In this document: positions 37,479 to 47,471 of the stretch, in pieces
Layout of the letters: every line of letters begins with the position of its first letter
Numbering within the stretch: the first letter of the stretch is position 1
IMG/VR virus record: IMGVR_UViG_3300050343_000163
DNA length: 64,000 nucleotides
Strand: one strand, 5' to 3'
Source: a virus
Made by a program: the position numbers and the translations under genes
The notes under the pieces: generated by a model
Databases searched by the model: none
What the model was told of the DNA's origin: nothing
What the model saw: the letters and a program-made list of their open reading frames with translations, nothing else

Positions 37479-38122
37479 TTTTGTAGTTGTTTAAAGTCTT
37501 CTTCAAAAATTGCTAGACCAGAATCGGTCAACACATGGTTATACATTTTATCAAACACAGCTGGTGGCAACGTACATACGTTAGCGCCATACAGGAAGCA
37601 ACGAGAGACATGGTGAACATCTCTCAAACTAGCAGCAAGGATCTCAGTCTTTACGCCATGAGTAGAATACAGACCAGAGATAGCACGAACAAGTTCAACC
37701 CCACTGATAGAGTTATCATTCAAACGACCCACAAATGGAGAAACATATGAGGCACCTGCTTTTGCTGCCATGATTGCTTGAGCAACACTGAAGCACAAGG
37801 TAACGTTAGTTCCAATACCATCATCACTAAGAACTTTACATGCAGATAACCCATCTTTAGTGAGGGGCAATTTGATAGTAACATTTTCTCCAACCTCAAT
37901 ATATTGTTGGGCATTACGAATCATTTCCAGATCAGTATCACCCTCAACTTCAGCAGAAATACTTTCAAACTTAAATTCAGAAACAAGTGTCCTGATAAAA
38001 TCAAGGTAGTTTACACCAGACTTACGAACTAGTGTAGGATTTGTAGTGATACCATCGACTAGACCAGTCTCATAGCGTTCAGCAATAGCATTATAATCAG
38101 CAGTGTCTAGAAAAATTTGCAT
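37475..38122 (-). CDS. talC: Transaldolase (TalC type)
   Basis: IFLDTAD, GITTNPTL, TNVTLCFS, YVSPFVGR, LAASLR. Confidence 0.96.
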   Translation of the reverse strand: MQIFLDTADYNAIAERYETGLVDGITTNPTLVRKSGVNYLDFIRTLVSEFKFESISAEVEGDTDLEMIRNAQQYIEVGENVTIKLPLTKDGLSACKVLSDDGIGTNVTLCFSVAQAIMAAKAGASYVSPFVGRLNDNSISGVELVRAISGLYSTHGVKTEILAASLRDVHHVSRCFLYGANVCTLPPAVFDKMYNHVLTDSGLAIFEEDFKQLQK

Positions 38123-38140
38123 AATAATCAAAAATGTTTT

Positions 38141-38353
38141 TTATATAGTAACTGTAGGAAGAAGCTCTTTACGAAGAAATTTTTCCTCCAGATTGTAGAA
38201 TAATTTATGTTTTGTAGTGAGTACATAATAACCAATAATGTCGGTACTGTCACAATTGTAACCATAACCTTTAACTTTCTCACAAACACCATCAATATAG
38301 AAGCATTTGTTTGTCATTAGGTATGAATGATACCGTTCATCAAGATTGATCAT
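38141..38353 (-). CDS. Conserved cyanophage hypothetical protein
   Basis: MINLDERYHSYL...KVKGYGY...GYYVLT. Confidence 0.65.
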   Translation of the reverse strand: MINLDERYHSYLMTNKCFYIDGVCEKVKGYGYNCDSTDIIGYYVLTTKHKLFYNLEEKFLRKELLPTVTI

Positions 38354-38601
38354 TAACGTTCCTCGAATTTAATACGACGCACTTTTCTTTTACGTCGTTC
38401 CTCTTGATATTTTAGGTCATCAGATGTAAGAATCCCGTTATATTTAATACTTTCTTTATGTTTTGTAAGAACTACTTGATTTAAATCAATAGCTCCAATA
38501 TGATCATCCAAAACTCTCATCTGATTTGGACAACCACAGAACTGAATCCTGCTAGTGCTTGTCAGTTCTTTGTTGCATAGTTTGCATCTTGCCGTTAACA
38601 T
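38353..38601 (-). CDS. Cys-containing hypothetical protein
   Basis: RCKLCNKEL...FCGCPNQM. Confidence 0.65.
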   Translation of the reverse strand: MLTARCKLCNKELTSTSRIQFCGCPNQMRVLDDHIGAIDLNQVVLTKHKESIKYNGILTSDDLKYQEERRKRKVRRIKFEER

Positions 38602-38631
38602 TGTTAAGCATTTAACCTCTCTGTGAAGTGA

Positions 38632-38703
38632 TGGGTGAAGAGGGGATCGAACCCCCGACCGCCTCCGTGTAAAGGAGATGCTCTACCGCTGAGCTATTCA
38701 CCC
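38632..38703 (-). tRNA. trnV: tRNA-Val(TAC)
   Basis: GGGTGAATAGCTCAGCGGTAGAGC...TTTACAC...GGTTCGATCCC...CACCCA cloverleaf. Confidence 0.95.
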
Positions 38704-38706
38704 TAA

Positions 38707-38788
38707 TGTCGGTAAGAGGACTTGAACCTCCACGTCATAAGACACTAGAACCTAAACCTAGCGCGTCTACCAATTCCGCCATACCGAC
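38707..38788 (-). tRNA. trnL: tRNA-Leu(TAG)
   Basis: GTCGGTATGGCGGAATTGGTAGACGCG...TTTAGGT...long variable arm...GGTTCAAGTCC. Confidence 0.95.
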
Positions 38789-38791
38789 TAA

Positions 38792-38864
38792 CGACTCAGG
38801 TTGGGGTCGAACCAACGACCGACTGCTTAGAAGGCAGTTGCTCTATCCACTGAGCTACTGAGTC
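38792..38864 (-). tRNA. trnR: tRNA-Arg(TCT)
   Basis: GACTCAGTAGCTCAGTGGATAGAGC-ACTGC-CTTCTAA-GCAGT...GGTTCGACCC. Confidence 0.95.
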
Positions 38865-39414
38865 ATTTGATTATTATATCACATGAAAACGTTTTTCTCA
38901 ACGTATCACTCTTATGTTTAGAAACTCCATGAAGAACATTGGAAGGAAAAAATAATATATCTCCTGCTTTAATTTGTGGAGTCCATAGATCTGTAAAACC
39001 TAATGTTTGTCTCAATTTAAATGAGACATCTGAACTATACCTATCCCTAAAATAAAATTCCGAAAAGTTTTTTCCGTGATTTAAGAATAATACACATGAT
39101 ATATCTGAAGGGACATGATCATGTATCTCTTGGTAAGAACCTTCTTGATAACTATTTAACCATGCTTCATCAATTACAAAATTTAATTTTCTTTGAAGAG
39201 TATCTGCAAATTTATTGATGCTTGGTTGTAGTAATTCAGTATACTTATCTGTATCTAATCTTTTTGTAGATACATCACACTTAGCAGACCATGCATAATC
39301 ATTAACACCAAGTACAACTTCTCTATTTAATTCTGCTATTAATTTTTCATGATTAACTGCTTGAAATTGAGCAAAGAAGTTGTAATTAAATATCGAGTAT
39401 ATCACGATTGCCAA
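38863..39414 (-). CDS. 2OG-Fe(II) oxygenase (TIGR02466-like)
   Basis: AWLNSYQEGSYQEIHDH...GDILFFPSNVLHGV...RKTFS; start uncertain. Confidence 0.85.
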   Translation of the reverse strand: MAIVIYSIFNYNFFAQFQAVNHEKLIAELNREVVLGVNDYAWSAKCDVSTKRLDTDKYTELLQPSINKFADTLQRKLNFVIDEAWLNSYQEGSYQEIHDHVPSDISCVLFLNHGKNFSEFYFRDRYSSDVSFKLRQTLGFTDLWTPQIKAGDILFFPSNVLHGVSKHKSDTLRKTFSCDIIIK

Positions 39415-39791
39415 TGATAATGAAAGAAGTTACCTTTAGGATCACACATAGGATCTTCTGCAGCTACACGATAAGGCAACATACGTTGTCCTTTAAAATT
39501 AGTTCTATCTCCAATGATATTATATGCCGTAAGCATCTTATTTGTATCCAACAAACGAGTGATGGTAGAAGTCTTAGCAGATGGACGACGGTATAAGAAA
39601 CCTTCGTATTGTCCAGGAGCATATACTACATCAGCAACAGTATTAGGATACCTAGGTGATTTGACTCTATTTAGAATAGAGACTGCAACACAGTATTCAT
39701 CCATTGTATTAGTCGCTGCCTCAACTTGCACTGCTCTCGCAAGGTGGTCGTAGTCAGCAGGCGTCAACGCCAGAATCATTTCCAAAATCAA
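39402..39791 (-). CDS. Cell wall hydrolase, SleB-like
   Basis: LARAVQVEA...VAVSILNRVKSPRYPNTVADVVYAPGQYE. Confidence 0.85.
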   Translation of the reverse strand: MILEMILALTPADYDHLARAVQVEAATNTMDEYCVAVSILNRVKSPRYPNTVADVVYAPGQYEGFLYRRPSAKTSTITRLLDTNKMLTAYNIIGDRTNFKGQRMLPYRVAAEDPMCDPKGNFFHYHWQS

Positions 39792-40233
39792 AATAGTCTT
39801 TCCTGTAGTAACGTCCGAGTATGTTTGAATTATAGTAGGCAGGGGTGCCGTCTGTCAAGGCTTTTGTCAAAACGTCACAGAGGAAGAGCTGACGAGTTTC
39901 CTCATAGTTGACCCTTCCAGGTGTCCTGTGTAGGGAGAGGATTTCTCTAGCAAAAGACTCCCGTCCATACTGTTTAACATCTTCTTTAAGCTCTGGACAA
40001 CTTCCGTAGTATTTTCTCCAGTCACTTTCACTAGTAACTCTTCGCCGCTTGGTAGTTTGACCCACAGCTCTAGGCTTTCGTTTTTGCCAGAAGTATTTTC
40101 TACCGATGTAGGAACGGTTGGTGGTGCTACAGGTAATCTTGTAAACAAAACCATAGTTGTCCCCAATAAGAGACCCGTCAAAGACGCTGCCATGATAGAT
40201 CCAGGCATTCTCATATTCTTTAAATTTTTCCAC
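39754..40233 (-). CDS. GIY-YIG-family endonuclease
   Basis: YGFVYKIT...SYIGRK...WRKYYGS...FAREIL...YYNSNI. Confidence 0.8.
   Translation of the reverse strand: MEKFKEYENAWIYHGSVFDGSLIGDNYGFVYKITCSTTNRSYIGRKYFWQKRKPRAVGQTTKRRRVTSESDWRKYYGSCPELKEDVKQYGRESFAREILSLHRTPGRVNYEETRQLFLCDVLTKALTDGTPAYYNSNILGRYYRKDYFDFGNDSGVDAC
39829..39858 (-). promoter_or_regulatory. Sigma70-like promoter for SleB/oxygenase/tRNA unit
   Basis: TTGACA-N18-TATAAT inside the 3' end of the GIY-YIG gene. Confidence 0.65.
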
Positions 40234-40258
40234 ATGATCATCATATCATCTCCAATAT

Positions 40259-40948
40259 TTAGGGTCCGTCAAACAATACTTTATTAATATATTGGTCTGC
40301 CCAACGAGTACCAAAATAATTTTCTAAAATTTTTCTAGTTTTGTCATTTTTCTTTTGATTATTACAGTAATCTGACTGTGCTACCCATCTTTGTTCTGCT
40401 CCACTGTTATCCATAGTTGATTTCCAAACAGCACCAACAAATGCATCTAGATATTCGTCAACTACATGGCAAAATGTATCAATTTCATGATCATCATCTA
40501 GTCTTGCGAACTTACAGTACGGTGAAAAAATTGTACCCCATGCAGGAATCTCCCTGTTGTGTCTAAAACTATAGTATCTACTGATATCAGCAATATCTTC
40601 ATAGATTGGATGACATAGATCATCAACAGGAGAAATATCTGTGATAGCAGCAGTAACAATATTTTTGTTAGCTATAATATCAGCACCAAAAATAGGCAAA
40701 TCAAATTCAGGATCTGGATACCAAATACAATGTAGGATATCGAGTGGTCCTAGACTAGCAATTTCCATATGTACCTTACGTAATCCAGTACACATGTGCA
40801 TATCATTTTCGATGGTCAATCTACCATCTTGTGTTTCTTTATAGACTTCTTTAAATTCATCATCAACATCTAATTCCTCTATGTTAGGTAGAGTATTTTG
40901 ATGTTTACGAATAATACTAGCTAAGTCATTAATTATTTGTCTTCCCAT
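40259..40948 (-). CDS. pcyA: Phycocyanobilin:ferredoxin oxidoreductase
   Basis: GLRKVHMEIA...LDILHCIWYPDPEFDLPIFGADI...IPAWGTIFS...NQKKNDKTRKIL. Confidence 0.9.
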   Translation of the reverse strand: MGRQIINDLASIIRKHQNTLPNIEELDVDDEFKEVYKETQDGRLTIENDMHMCTGLRKVHMEIASLGPLDILHCIWYPDPEFDLPIFGADIIANKNIVTAAITDISPVDDLCHPIYEDIADISRYYSFRHNREIPAWGTIFSPYCKFARLDDDHEIDTFCHVVDEYLDAFVGAVWKSTMDNSGAEQRWVAQSDYCNNQKKNDKTRKILENYFGTRWADQYINKVLFDGP

Positions 40949-40950
40949 TT

Positions 40951-41577
40951 TTAAGCATAACTGAAAAAGAATTCTTTAATCAAGGTTTGAGATTTTTCCT
41001 TGCCAAATCTATTGGACAAATACCCAGATATAGGATCAAGTCTTATCATGTATCTGTCAAAATCAACATACTGTGTAGTATCAGTACCAATTGGTTGATG
41101 CTCATCTAGCATGTTTTTATAATATTGAATATATTTTGTAAACAAAGGAAGATGTTCATCTACCTCATCGGGTTTACAATATCTAACAATAAGATTGTCA
41201 GAAAAATGATTGCCTGCTTCAAAAAATCTATACGTTCCTTCTACTTTAGGTAGATCTGATGTATAAAACAAGTATTTTTCTACAGGGTGTTGAAAATCAA
41301 ACACAATAACAACTCTCTTGTCACTCATTCCCATAAGATCCATACCAAAACAGGGTAAGTTTGATCCTGTTCTGGGATACAATATGTTGTTATAAATGCT
41401 GCAAGATTTATCATCCCAAATTTCAACTTGTCTTGATTTGATTAGATGTTTACCTGAATACAAATCAGCAGTCAAGTTCACATCCTTATCATTAGTCCAT
41501 TCAGCATGTCGCTGAACAAATTTCATATCTGGAAAAACGTTTGCAAGAGATGTTTTGTAATTTTTCCAAAGGTCCAT
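40951..41577 (-). CDS. pebS: Phycoerythrobilin synthase
   Basis: IYNNILYPRTGSNLPCFGMDLM...VFDFQHPVEKYLF...YRFFEAGNHFS...RYCKPDEVD. Confidence 0.92.
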   Translation of the reverse strand: MDLWKNYKTSLANVFPDMKFVQRHAEWTNDKDVNLTADLYSGKHLIKSRQVEIWDDKSCSIYNNILYPRTGSNLPCFGMDLMGMSDKRVVIVFDFQHPVEKYLFYTSDLPKVEGTYRFFEAGNHFSDNLIVRYCKPDEVDEHLPLFTKYIQYYKNMLDEHQPIGTDTTQYVDFDRYMIRLDPISGYLSNRFGKEKSQTLIKEFFFSYA

Positions 41578-41579
41578 AG

Positions 41580-42761
41580 TTATAATTTAAATCCTGCAAA
41601 AGTATCTTTCTTTACGTCTTGTTTAATACTACCAATTAGGTAAGATTCAACCTCTGTCTCCTGTGGAGCTACCTGCATACCCTTAGAGGATAACCAGTGT
41701 GCAGTCCAAGGAAGAGGGTTGTTGGTAATAGGAGTATCAAAGATTGCATTGAGTCCGATAGACTTCAAACGACGATTAGCAGTCCACTCAACGTATTTCT
41801 GTAGTAATTTATCATTCAAACCAATGATAGATCCATCTTTAAACAGATACTCTGCCCACTGCTTCTCTTCTTCTACAGAATCACGGAACATTTGATAAAC
41901 ATTCTCTTCCTCTTCCTTAGCAATTTCCCTCATTTCAGGGTCATCGTCTTTTTTCCAGTTGTTAAGAATGTTTTGAGTAACAGTCATGTGTTGAGATTCA
42001 TCTCTCGCAATAAGACCAATGATCTTAGCTGATCCTTCAAGGAGTTTAAGTTCACCGAAAGCAAAAGAACAAGCGAAAGATACGTAGAATCTAATGCCTT
42101 CAAGAATGTAGACATTAGCGACTGCTCTATATAGATTTCTCTTGAGATCGTTGATTTCCCACTTTGCTGTTGGGGAATCTTTCCAAGTATCCTTCCACAT
42201 GCTACCAGTTCCATATCTCTGAGCAATATTAATAAACTCATCGTATGCTTTAGTAACTGATTGTGCTCGTGAGAGGATCTTCTCGTCGTCTAGAATGTGG
42301 TCAAAGACAACAGAGGGGTCTGGATATACATTTTTAATAATATGTGTGTATGAACGACTATGAATCATCTCCATGGTCTGCCAGATGTTCATACATCCTT
42401 CTAGCTCGGGTAAAGAACAATAAGGCATGAAAGCCATGCCAGGACCACGACCTTGTACAGAGTCCAAGAGGATTTGATATTTGAGATTGCTAGTAAATAT
42501 GTGTTTTTGTGCATTGTTTAATGTTTGATAATCTGCTCTATCTTTCTGCAGAGATACTTCTTCAGGTCTCCAGAAAAAACCAAGTTGATTTTGTGTCAAC
42601 TTATCAAAAATGGGATACCTAAATTTGTCATATCTCTGTACTCCCAGAGGAGGACCAAAGAACATAGTTTGTTTAGTTGTATCTACTTGATCAGTATTGA
42701 ATACTGTCATGCCTTCTACACTACTCATGGGTTCGTTAGTTCTAAATTTTGCAACTGTCAC
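41580..42761 (-). CDS. nrdB: Ribonucleotide reductase class Ia beta subunit (GTG start 42761 or ATG 42728)
   Basis: FFWRPEEVSL, LDSVQGR, ILEGIRFYVSFA, RDESQH, APQETE. Confidence 0.97.
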   Translation of the reverse strand: MTVAKFRTNEPMSSVEGMTVFNTDQVDTTKQTMFFGPPLGVQRYDKFRYPIFDKLTQNQLGFFWRPEEVSLQKDRADYQTLNNAQKHIFTSNLKYQILLDSVQGRGPGMAFMPYCSLPELEGCMNIWQTMEMIHSRSYTHIIKNVYPDPSVVFDHILDDEKILSRAQSVTKAYDEFINIAQRYGTGSMWKDTWKDSPTAKWEINDLKRNLYRAVANVYILEGIRFYVSFACSFAFGELKLLEGSAKIIGLIARDESQHMTVTQNILNNWKKDDDPEMREIAKEEEENVYQMFRDSVEEEKQWAEYLFKDGSIIGLNDKLLQKYVEWTANRRLKSIGLNAIFDTPITNNPLPWTAHWLSSKGMQVAPQETEVESYLIGSIKQDVKKDTFAGFKL

Positions 42762-45057
42762 AATCTTCTTCCTCTGTTTCCAAAATGTTTGTAAGTAAAT
42801 CTTCGATACTCTGTTTCTTTTCGTCTGTAAATTCAGGTTCTTCTCCTTTTTGATCGTATGTATTTTGATAGTAGGAAGTCTTCCATCCATACTTATATGT
42901 TTTAAGAAGGTCACCTGCCATAACTGATACAGGTACTTCATTATTGTCATAATTTTCTGGGTTATAGCTCCAGTTGCCAGAAATTGCTTGGTCAAAGAAT
43001 TTTTGCATGGCAGATACAATTTTAATGTACCCATCATTATCCTTCATATCCCACAGCAATGTATAATTGGTTTTTAATGTGCCGTATTGTGGAACAATCT
43101 GCTTAAGAGGTCCTTTCTTTGATTTTTTAGTGGACAAGAATCCTCTAGGTGGTTCGATTCCATTGGTTGCGTTTGACACAACGGAACTACTCTCTGAAGG
43201 CATTTGTGCGGACAGTGTTGAGTGCCTAAGACCGTGGGTGACGATAGATTCTCTAAGATTTTCCCAATCATGACTTAAATCCGCCCCACAGAACTCATCA
43301 ATGTCACGCTTGTAAGTGTCGATTGGGAGGATACCATCTGCATACTTTGTTCTATCGAAATAACCACACTTACCTTTTTCTTTGGCAAGGGTGTTACTTG
43401 ACTTGAGTAGATAGAACTGGAAAGATTCAGACAAGTCGTGGACTGATTTCCATGCTGCAGGGTTGTCATATTTATATCCATGTTTTGCTAGGTAGTGTGA
43501 TAGTCCGATGTAACCAATACCAAGAGAACGACGATTGATAGTGCTACGTTTTGCAGCTTCTACAGGATAGTTCTGATAGTCAATTAATTCCTCTAGACCA
43601 CGGACTGCTAGGTCACAGAGATTTTCCAATTCATCTAACTTGTTGATCTTACCAACGTTGATAGCAGATAGAATGCACAATGCAATCTCTCCTTCACCAT
43701 CAATATGGTTAAGTGGTACAGTAGGTAGGGTAATCTCTTGACAGAGGTTACTCATATTAATCTTGTCTTTGAAAGAAGAATGCTCGTTGCAGTGATCAAT
43801 ATTCATGATATAGATACGACCAGTCTCTGCTCTCTCCTTAAGCAATGAAAGAATTAATTCCTGTGCCCCGATAGTCTTTCTCGGAACAGCATCATTGAGT
43901 TCATGCATCCGATATAGAGTGTCAAAGTCATCAGTACCAAAAGCATCATAGAGACCTGGTACGTCATGCGGTGAGAATAAGCTAACCTCTCCATTCTCAA
44001 TGAAACGTTCGTAGAAAAGTTTTGAAATTTGGATTGAGTAGTCAAGTTTCCTCACTCGATTGTCTTCTGTACCTTTGTTGTTCTTGAGAACAAGGATGTC
44101 TTCTATTTCTTGGTGCCAGATTGGGAAGTGGACTGTTGCCGATCCTCCTCTGATTCCGTTTTGTGTACAGCATCGTACAGTCGATTCAAATTTTTTAAGG
44201 AAAGGAACAACGCCAGTGTGCTGTACTTCTCCGCCTCGGATTTTAGCGTTGATGCCCCTGATACGACCTGCGTTGATACCAATGCCAGCCCTCTGAGCGA
44301 CATAGCGACCGATGGCCATATCACTACTAAAAATACTATCCAAGGTGTCGTCAGCATCAACCAGAACGCAAGACGCAAACTGCCGAAGAGGCGTTCTAAC
44401 ACCTGCCATGATTGGCGTTGGGATGTTGATTTTGTGTTTGCTGATTGCGTTGTAGTATTTTTGGACATATTCAAGACGATTGTCTGTGTAATTTTGGAAT
44501 AGTGTTACTGCAATCATCATGTACATGTACTGGGGTGATTCGTAAACCACACCAGAGCTACGATCCTGAACAAGATATTTATCCACTACCTGACGTAAAC
44601 CAGCATAGGTGAATATCATATCACGTTCATGATCAATCCAAGAATTGATCTTGCTCCACTCTTCCTTTGTATATTTACCTAGGATATCTTTATCATAAAC
44701 TTGTTTGTCAGTGCAGTGACATGCATGATCATAAACACTAGGAAGACCTTGGACCCATTCGGATCCAAAAACCTGTTTGTAGACAGCATAAAGTAGAAGA
44801 CGAGCAGCAACAAACTGATAGTTAGGAGAATCTAAATTAATCAAATCACTTGCCGAACGAATCAAAATTTCTTGAATGTCTTTGGTTTCAATTCCATCAA
44901 AGAATTGTAGACCAGAGTTCATCTCTACCTGAGAGGCACTCACACCGCTCCCTAACCCTTCGCAAGCTTCTTCTACTACCTTGTGAATCTTATCTAGGTT
45001 GAGGGCGGTCTCAGACCCGTCACGCTTGCGAACTTTAATTCCATGTCCGTTTGTCAT
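42742..45057 (-). CDS. nrdA: Ribonucleotide reductase class Ia alpha subunit, uninterrupted
   Basis: ATP-cone, PTPIMAGVRT, QFASCVL, SNLCQEI, KTSYYQNT. Confidence 0.98.
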   Translation of the reverse strand: MTNGHGIKVRKRDGSETALNLDKIHKVVEEACEGLGSGVSASQVEMNSGLQFFDGIETKDIQEILIRSASDLINLDSPNYQFVAARLLLYAVYKQVFGSEWVQGLPSVYDHACHCTDKQVYDKDILGKYTKEEWSKINSWIDHERDMIFTYAGLRQVVDKYLVQDRSSGVVYESPQYMYMMIAVTLFQNYTDNRLEYVQKYYNAISKHKINIPTPIMAGVRTPLRQFASCVLVDADDTLDSIFSSDMAIGRYVAQRAGIGINAGRIRGINAKIRGGEVQHTGVVPFLKKFESTVRCCTQNGIRGGSATVHFPIWHQEIEDILVLKNNKGTEDNRVRKLDYSIQISKLFYERFIENGEVSLFSPHDVPGLYDAFGTDDFDTLYRMHELNDAVPRKTIGAQELILSLLKERAETGRIYIMNIDHCNEHSSFKDKINMSNLCQEITLPTVPLNHIDGEGEIALCILSAINVGKINKLDELENLCDLAVRGLEELIDYQNYPVEAAKRSTINRRSLGIGYIGLSHYLAKHGYKYDNPAAWKSVHDLSESFQFYLLKSSNTLAKEKGKCGYFDRTKYADGILPIDTYKRDIDEFCGADLSHDWENLRESIVTHGLRHSTLSAQMPSESSSVVSNATNGIEPPRGFLSTKKSKKGPLKQIVPQYGTLKTNYTLLWDMKDNDGYIKIVSAMQKFFDQAISGNWSYNPENYDNNEVPVSVMAGDLLKTYKYGWKTSYYQNTYDQKGEEPEFTDEKKQSIEDLLTNILETEEEDCDSCKI

Positions 45058-46043
45058 ACTTTTTTCCAATCGTTAAATTTAAGGGTTGCGGTTAATCCCT
45101 GATAGACGTTTGATTCTACCAAAGTTTGAACATCATGTCCAGCTAAGTGCATGTCATTGATGTCTTTTTGTTGTATAGTTTTTGGCCAGATGATTACTTT
45201 ATCTCCTCTGTCAATTGACTTGGAGATTCTGGCGACGATTTCTCGATTGCGTGGTTCGTTATCATAAATCCAAATATGATTGCTCCAACCAAACGTCCTA
45301 ATATCAATATCGGAACCAGCCATGGCAACCGAGTTTTTAATAAACGTTGAGTCAAAGGGTCCTTCTACAATGTAAATTGATTCGTCTGTGTTAATCCTAT
45401 CCTGTCCAAAGATTTTTGGTTTGTCTTCATCGAGCATGATCGTAATGTATCTTAGTTTTGCCTGAGGGGCGAGCGATCTGCCTTGGTATCCAAACAGGTT
45501 ACCTTCTTTGTCTTTAAACGGGATAATAATACGTGGTGAATCTTGTCTTAAGGTATCAAATGTCTTCTTTCTCTTATTTGTCCAATCTTTAAACTTTGGA
45601 CAATAGTAAAAATAATCTAAGTCTTTGATACCACGTTGCTCAAGATAAACTCGTGCTGGGTGAGAATTATTTAGCTCTGAAATCTTCTCAAGATCTATAT
45701 CTTTTTTAACAAATTTTGGTTTGGAAAAAATGAGTTTAGGATTTGGAGTTGCAGTACCCTTGCCAGTGCTACCTTCTTTAAATTTCTCCATGATATATTG
45801 ATCATAGAGATGTGTATCTTGATCTTTTAAAAAATTAGCAAGAGATCTACCTACGCCACAATTGTGACATTTATAAGTAAAATTGTTTTTAATCTTAAAC
45901 AAATACCCCCTCGCTTTGTTGCGTCTCTTTTGCGAGTCACCACAGTAAGGACACCTGAAATTATACAGGTCTGCCTTCTTACGACTGAAAAGAGTCAAGC
46001 GAGGGGATATTAAATTTATGTACTTAACGTCAAGATAACTCAA
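45054..46043 (-). CDS. gp61: DNA primase
   Basis: NFRCPYCGDS...YKCHNCG zinc finger; IVEGPFDS TOPRIM. Confidence 0.96.
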   Translation of the reverse strand: MSYLDVKYINLISPRLTLFSRKKADLYNFRCPYCGDSQKRRNKARGYLFKIKNNFTYKCHNCGVGRSLANFLKDQDTHLYDQYIMEKFKEGSTGKGTATPNPKLIFSKPKFVKKDIDLEKISELNNSHPARVYLEQRGIKDLDYFYYCPKFKDWTNKRKKTFDTLRQDSPRIIIPFKDKEGNLFGYQGRSLAPQAKLRYITIMLDEDKPKIFGQDRINTDESIYIVEGPFDSTFIKNSVAMAGSDIDIRTFGWSNHIWIYDNEPRNREIVARISKSIDRGDKVIIWPKTIQQKDINDMHLAGHDVQTLVESNVYQGLTATLKFNDWKKV

Positions 46044-46428
46044 TGAGAGAGGTTTGCACTGCGCTCATATTAGCAGAAGGTTGAGCAGGTGTCAATGACC
46101 TAAGCAATGCTTGACCTGGCACACTGACCAAGAATGAGATCACAGCGAGTCCACCAAAGATAGACCACATCTTTTTCTCCATCATTCTGAGTCTATCATC
46201 TACAAGACGGATGTCTCTCTCACATCCTTTCTTGATAGCATCAGTTTCTTTGTTAAGATCTGAATGGATTCTATCTATCTTTTCAAATAGAATTCCATCG
46301 ACTTCACCTTGTTTAGCTAGTTTTTCATTATGTACAGCAAGCAATTGACCCATCTTTACAGAATTTTCCTGTAAGGAGTCTACAACTTTTTCTAACCTTT
46401 CTAGGATAGCTGAGTTGATGTCTGACAT
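46030..46428 (-). CDS. Coiled-coil protein with C-terminal TM helix
   Basis: LLAVHNEKL...RLRMMEKKMWSIFGGLAVISFLV. Confidence 0.7.
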   Translation of the reverse strand: MSDINSAILERLEKVVDSLQENSVKMGQLLAVHNEKLAKQGEVDGILFEKIDRIHSDLNKETDAIKKGCERDIRLVDDRLRMMEKKMWSIFGGLAVISFLVSVPGQALLRSLTPAQPSANMSAVQTSLIELS

Positions 46429-46434
46429 ATCCTT

Positions 46435-47139
46435 TTAGACGTTGCGAACAGCGAAATCTAGAGCGGATTGATAAGAAGCAGCATTTTTATTCAGCATATA
46501 CTGAAACTGTGGCTTATGTGTGTCGTCTAGTTGTGCATAACAAGCAGCAATTCTCTTAGCAGAGAAGTTATCTAGGTTTTGTACTCCACCATCAGAGAAC
46601 TGGATCTTAGCAAATGAACCTTCGCCTGCGGGGTTAAGTTCAGATGTTGCAACATCAAGTGCAACTTGGATTACATCTTGGTTTTCATTCATAGTATTAG
46701 TAGTCACTTCAGTTTGTTCTTTTTTAAGTTTTTTTGTTTGATCAGACGCTTTCTTTTTAAAATCAGAAAGACGTGCTTTCATTAGCGTATCCATTTCTTT
46801 GGTTTTACGCATCATTTTTTCTTTTGCTTCTCCACGTTTCTTCTGGAGATCTTTTTGACGACCCAGTTTCTTACCCTGAGTAATCTGTTTTTGAGCTCTC
46901 TCAGTATCTGTAGACAGAGCTTCGGTTACGTTTGTGTCTTCTTTCATTTTTCTTTTTTGGATACGGTCGAAGAGAGAGCGAGCACCTTTAGAGCGCCCGT
47001 CAATATTTTCATTACCTTTTTTATATGCACGATGTTGTCTAGGATTTACCATGACAAATGCAGGTGGTAACTGGAGACCAGAACCATCCCCTGCGGAATT
47101 AATCATTTCTTCTATATTAGGTTTAGTTCCTTTAGACAT
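46435..47139 (-). CDS. Hypothetical, probably virion/internal protein
   Basis: GLQLPPAFV...DGRSKGAR; K/E-rich middle. Confidence 0.7.
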   Translation of the reverse strand: MSKGTKPNIEEMINSAGDGSGLQLPPAFVMVNPRQHRAYKKGNENIDGRSKGARSLFDRIQKRKMKEDTNVTEALSTDTERAQKQITQGKKLGRQKDLQKKRGEAKEKMMRKTKEMDTLMKARLSDFKKKASDQTKKLKKEQTEVTTNTMNENQDVIQVALDVATSELNPAGEGSFAKIQFSDGGVQNLDNFSAKRIAACYAQLDDTHKPQFQYMLNKNAASYQSALDFAVRNV

Positions 47140-47468
47140 TCCTGGTCAACATCCTCATTAAGTTTGGGTGGTAATCTATTTAGAAACAACATGAACGCCT
47201 TGATTACAGACCAATATGTTGCTTCTATTCTGTAAAATAGCAGTGGGGTTGCTGCATCATCAAAAACATTATATAAAACTATCACATGATTAAGTAATAG
47301 GTGAGTCTTTAACTCTCCCGTTGTCTCGTATCTCTTCAGTAGTCTTTTAATATACTTAAATCTCTTTAAGTCTTCTTCAAAATCTGAATAAGTTACGGAC
47401 AACGGGTTGTTATAATTTTGAATTGCAAAGAATAACCAGTTTTCATGGTTCAGTTCACTTATATTCAT
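47112..47468 (-). CDS. Conserved T4-like phage hypothetical protein
   Basis: FEEDLKRFKYIKRLLKRY...LLLNHVIVLYNVF. Confidence 0.75.
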   Translation of the reverse strand: MNISELNHENWLFFAIQNYNNPLSVTYSDFEEDLKRFKYIKRLLKRYETTGELKTHLLLNHVIVLYNVFDDAATPLLFYRIEATYWSVIKAFMLFLNRLPPKLNEDVDQECLKELNLI

Positions 47469-47471
47469 TCA

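Noticed and set aside
39754-40233. GIY-YIG gene as a recently inserted mobile homing endonuclease
   Set aside because: Short, lacks the DNA-binding tail and interrupts no gene; looks like a resident cyanophage nuclease.
42762-43037. N-terminal extension of the 485-aa nrdB ORF
   Set aside because: Overlaps the nrdA 3' end in another frame; NrdB-like sequence begins near 42761/42728.
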